The position numbers and the translations under genes are program-made. Of a stretch of DNA of 16,709 nucleotides, positions 14,332 to 16,709 are shown in pieces. The notes under the pieces are model-generated. The model saw nothing but the letters and a program-made list of their open reading frames with translations. It did not search any database and was not told where the DNA came from. Position 1 is the stretch's first letter, and every line of letters begins with the position of its first letter. The stretch is taken from the IMG/VR virus record IMGVR_UViG_3300045988_069484, positions 1 through 16,709 of that record. One strand, given 5' to 3'. The DNA is from a virus.

Positions 14332-16404
14332 ATGTTTGATTTTGACAGAAATGAATGTAGAGTAGGAAATCCAGTTCTACCTCTGACATATGACGATTCA
14401 TTAAGTTATGAAGAGCAGATTGCAAAACTGTATAAAATGCTTAATGAACTGAAAGCAGAAAGAATTTACAACAATACATTCAACATCACAGACAACACAA
14501 AACTAGCGGATGCCGTTATTCCAAGGAAACTGATTCGTAACTACACTTATGATATGATGGTAGAAGATATCGACACACTGATGCTGAACTACCCGAAAGT
14601 ACGCAAAAAGATTATCGGTACATCTGTTCTTGGTTTACCGTTGATTGCTATGGAGTACGGAACGGAAACAGCTACGAGACATATGTTTGTTTTCAATGGC
14701 TTTCATGGTACAGATTGTAGTGCTAGTATCGCAATTGCACAGATGGAAGTGTTAGCAAAGAACGCTACTTATGGTGGGGTAGATATGTGGAGTGAGATTC
14801 TTGACAATGACACTTGCATCCACGTAATTCCAATGGCGAACCCTGATGCTTGGATGCTTGGGTTACAGGGATACAGTTACTTCAACGACATTCCTGAAGC
14901 AATCAAGACAAAGATTGAGGAACTGACAACAGACTATATCAGAAACCATGCAAAAGATGAACCAAACGGTTCAACATGGGATGTTGAAAGCAGAACAGAC
15001 CTTGAAGATTATATTCGCTCTCTTGGTGGTGACCCAAGTGTCAGCTATGAAGCCTATGTGTTCAGAGAGAAAGACTTGCACGCTTGGAAAGCGAATGCGA
15101 ACGGTATTGATTTACACTATAACTGGTGGACAGACTCAATGAAGAAGACTGTTGATGTTGCATTAAAGGGCGTAAACTATGGTCACGCTGATGCGTATGT
15201 CTATGGTGCGCAGGGTATTAGAGCTTACGTTGATGAAAATGCTTCATATAGAGCTTATATCTCACAATATGAAAGAAGTGACGGAAATTATTACTTCACA
15301 TTCATGAATTATCATCAAAAAGGACCAACTAACATTTGGAACTACAGATTGAAAGGGTTACAGAACAATCGTAACTTTGACTGTGGTGTACAACTGTGTG
15401 AGCTAATGCAAGTACCATACTCACCACAGGTGGGTAATCAGAGTACACCAATCGGTTTCAGTGCGTGGGCAGGCATCAACTACGCAGGAAATTACACTTT
15501 AAGCTATACTAATGAAGTAGGTTGGAAACACGTGAAAAAACGTGGTGACTGGTGGGATGATGAAAACAGTGATATCGTGAGAAGTCCTGTACCTGATAAC
15601 CAGTGGAACGATATTTACACAAGTAACAAAGCTGTGTTCATTTGGATGTTACGTTACTATGCTAGTTTGAGGGATGTGTGGAACAGGCATCAATATTTAA
15701 GCGAATATAACTTAAAAGACAAATACACAGATGAGCGTTTCGCTATTCCTAGCATGGCTATGATGATGAATATTGCTAATAAAGTAGGTGCTTACTACAC
15801 GTCATTAAGTGAAATGGGATTCAGCAACTATGGTATTAGTGCATCTTTAGATGATATTTTAACAAAGCTTAACTGGGAAGCATCTGCAACATTTAATGTA
15901 GGGTCTTCTATGACTGTAGCAAAAGATTTGCCTACTTGGGCATTCAACAAGAGTGGTAACATGAAAGTATTCCCTGTTAGTTCAAAGCAGATGATGTGCG
16001 AGTTCTATGTAAACAAAACAACATTTATTTATAGATGTCTGTATATTAAGGACAGTGACACAAAAATGCACAGAACAGAGTGGGTCAACGCTACACCGAC
16101 CACGACTGACTATGTAAGCATGGGTATTGCTGAAGGTGTTGTTAATAGTAGTGTGAAAGCCATTGCAAGTAAAGTGCCTATTTATCATGAGCTTATTATT
16201 GATTTGAATAAGGATGATAACAATGTGGCGGGGTTACCGAGTAATGTGGGTGACTACTATAGACTGAAAATAACGGGACACAGACCGAATAACAGAGTGG
16301 AGATTACTGATATCTCTAGTGGTAATATTTGGGTGAACCATTATAGCAGAACTAACGATGAATTGCAGACATGGTATAAGATACAAGCAAACCCTTTAAC
16401 ATAA
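14332..16404 (+). CDS. Tail appendage / receptor-binding protein with an internal M14-like (gamma-D-glutamyl peptidase-like) domain
   Basis: The N-terminal anchor motif LTYDDSLSYEEQIAKLYKMLNEL is typical of Gram-positive phage fibre and appendage N-termini. M14-like blocks are IGTSVLGLPL, NGFHGTD, IPMANPDAW, WKANANGIDLHYNW, YHQKGPTNIW and YTNEVGW. It occupies the position of phi29 gene 12. Confidence 0.7.
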   Translation: MFDFDRNECRVGNPVLPLTYDDSLSYEEQIAKLYKMLNELKAERIYNNTFNITDNTKLADAVIPRKLIRNYTYDMMVEDIDTLMLNYPKVRKKIIGTSVLGLPLIAMEYGTETATRHMFVFNGFHGTDCSASIAIAQMEVLAKNATYGGVDMWSEILDNDTCIHVIPMANPDAWMLGLQGYSYFNDIPEAIKTKIEELTTDYIRNHAKDEPNGSTWDVESRTDLEDYIRSLGGDPSVSYEAYVFREKDLHAWKANANGIDLHYNWWTDSMKKTVDVALKGVNYGHADAYVYGAQGIRAYVDENASYRAYISQYERSDGNYYFTFMNYHQKGPTNIWNYRLKGLQNNRNFDCGVQLCELMQVPYSPQVGNQSTPIGFSAWAGINYAGNYTLSYTNEVGWKHVKKRGDWWDDENSDIVRSPVPDNQWNDIYTSNKAVFIWMLRYYASLRDVWNRHQYLSEYNLKDKYTDERFAIPSMAMMMNIANKVGAYYTSLSEMGFSNYGISASLDDILTKLNWEASATFNVGSSMTVAKDLPTWAFNKSGNMKVFPVSSKQMMCEFYVNKTTFIYRCLYIKDSDTKMHRTEWVNATPTTTDYVSMGIAEGVVNSSVKAIASKVPIYHELIIDLNKDDNNVAGLPSNVGDYYRLKITGHRPNNRVEITDISSGNIWVNHYSRTNDELQTWYKIQANPLT

Positions 16405-16435
16405 AAGGGATTTATCCTAGCAATATGTAAAATGA

Positions 16436-16470
16436 GAAACGCCCTAGTGTGTAATGCACTGGGGTGTTTT
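16436..16470 (+). terminator. Late-operon intrinsic terminator
   Basis: Stem CCCTAGTG (16442-16449) pairs with CACTGGGG (16457-16464). The loop is 7 nt. The stem is extendable by A-T and G-T pairs and is followed by TGTTTT. Confidence 0.65.
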
Positions 16471-16624
16471 GAATGTACAGAGGTGGGTGAGTGCAAAGCA
16501 CGAATGGAGAGTATCTATTGCAGTGAACGTAGCACGACAGTGGTTCTGTACAGCAGTGAGCCGAACGAAGTGAGGTGTAGTGTATACTTAAGTGAGCATA
16601 GGAGCGACAGCGAAGATGCGGAAC

Positions 16625-16709
16625 AGTGAGCGAAGCGAACGGACGCACTGCGTACCGCAGAAAGTGTGCTCATATGGTATACGATTTTCGAGATTCGCGG
16701 AATACCAAA
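16625..16709. repeat. Right inverted terminal repeat (mosaic, partner of 1-84)
   Basis: 16680-16709 is the exact reverse complement of 1-30. 16625-16663 is the reverse complement of 46-84 with one mismatch. The 16-nt patch at 16664-16679 differs from left positions 31-45. Confidence 0.9.

Noticed and set aside
14948-15142. A 64-aa plus-strand ORF nested out of frame inside the appendage gene.
   Set aside because: It has no RBS and is embedded in a gene whose own frame carries clear domain motifs, so it is most likely a chance ORF.
16412-16648. Two mutually overlapping ORFs (78 aa on minus, 65 aa on plus) in the right terminal region.
   Set aside because: They lie in the GC-rich, ITR-related, non-coding arm. 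They overlap each other on opposite strands and lack an RBS. The plus-strand ORF starts inside the late terminator hairpin. The homologous left arm has no equivalent ORF.
1-16709. A search for a lysogeny module (integrase, repressor, att site), CRISPR arrays, rRNA, toxin-antitoxin pairs or defence islands.
   Set aside because: Nothing in the six-frame translations or in the repeat structure supports any of these. Replication, lysis, packaging and virion genes account for essentially all of the genome, apart from the small early ORFs.

Overview
The window looks like a complete linear genome (about 16.7 kb) of a phi29-like, protein-primed podophage from a low-GC Gram-positive host. The reverse complement of the last 30 nt equals the first 30 nt, and both ends carry roughly 200-240 bp of visibly GC-rich non-coding DNA that contrasts with the AT-rich body.

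Gene content, left to right:
- Small early ORFs of unknown function.
- An early replication operon in phi29 gene order: p6-like protein, p5-like SSB, candidate terminal protein, family-B protein-primed DNA polymerase, then two small paralogous 4-Cys proteins.
- A gp16-like encapsidation ATPase, the only gene on the minus strand.
- A long plus-strand late operon: BhlA/UviB-like holin, Amidase_3 endolysin, tail peptidoglycan hydrolase (NlpC/P60 plus tail-lysozyme), acidic scaffold, major capsid protein with an Ig-like C-terminus, a 159-aa unknown, gp9-like tail knob, gp10-like connector, gp11-like lower collar, and a 690-aa appendage protein with an M14-like peptidase domain.

Transcription appears to run from four perfect consensus extended -10 sigma-A promoters (TTGACA-N14-TGN-TATAAT) and several intrinsic terminators. 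I saw no integrase, repressor, CRISPR array, rRNA or canonical tRNA.

Most worth a second look:
- A recurring 14-18 bp palindrome (GTTTCACGTGAAAC) that sits in different reading frames and in intergenic DNA.
- A promoter-driven, structured, roughly 200-nt non-coding leader with a tRNA-like T-arm/acceptor module, a candidate ncRNA or pRNA analogue.
- The mosaic ITR with 5'-TTT ends.
- The M14-like appendage domain with altered active-site residues.
- The inverted ATPase gene with a palindrome between the divergent promoters.

All protein-family calls rest on motifs read by eye and recalled from memory. No searches were run.
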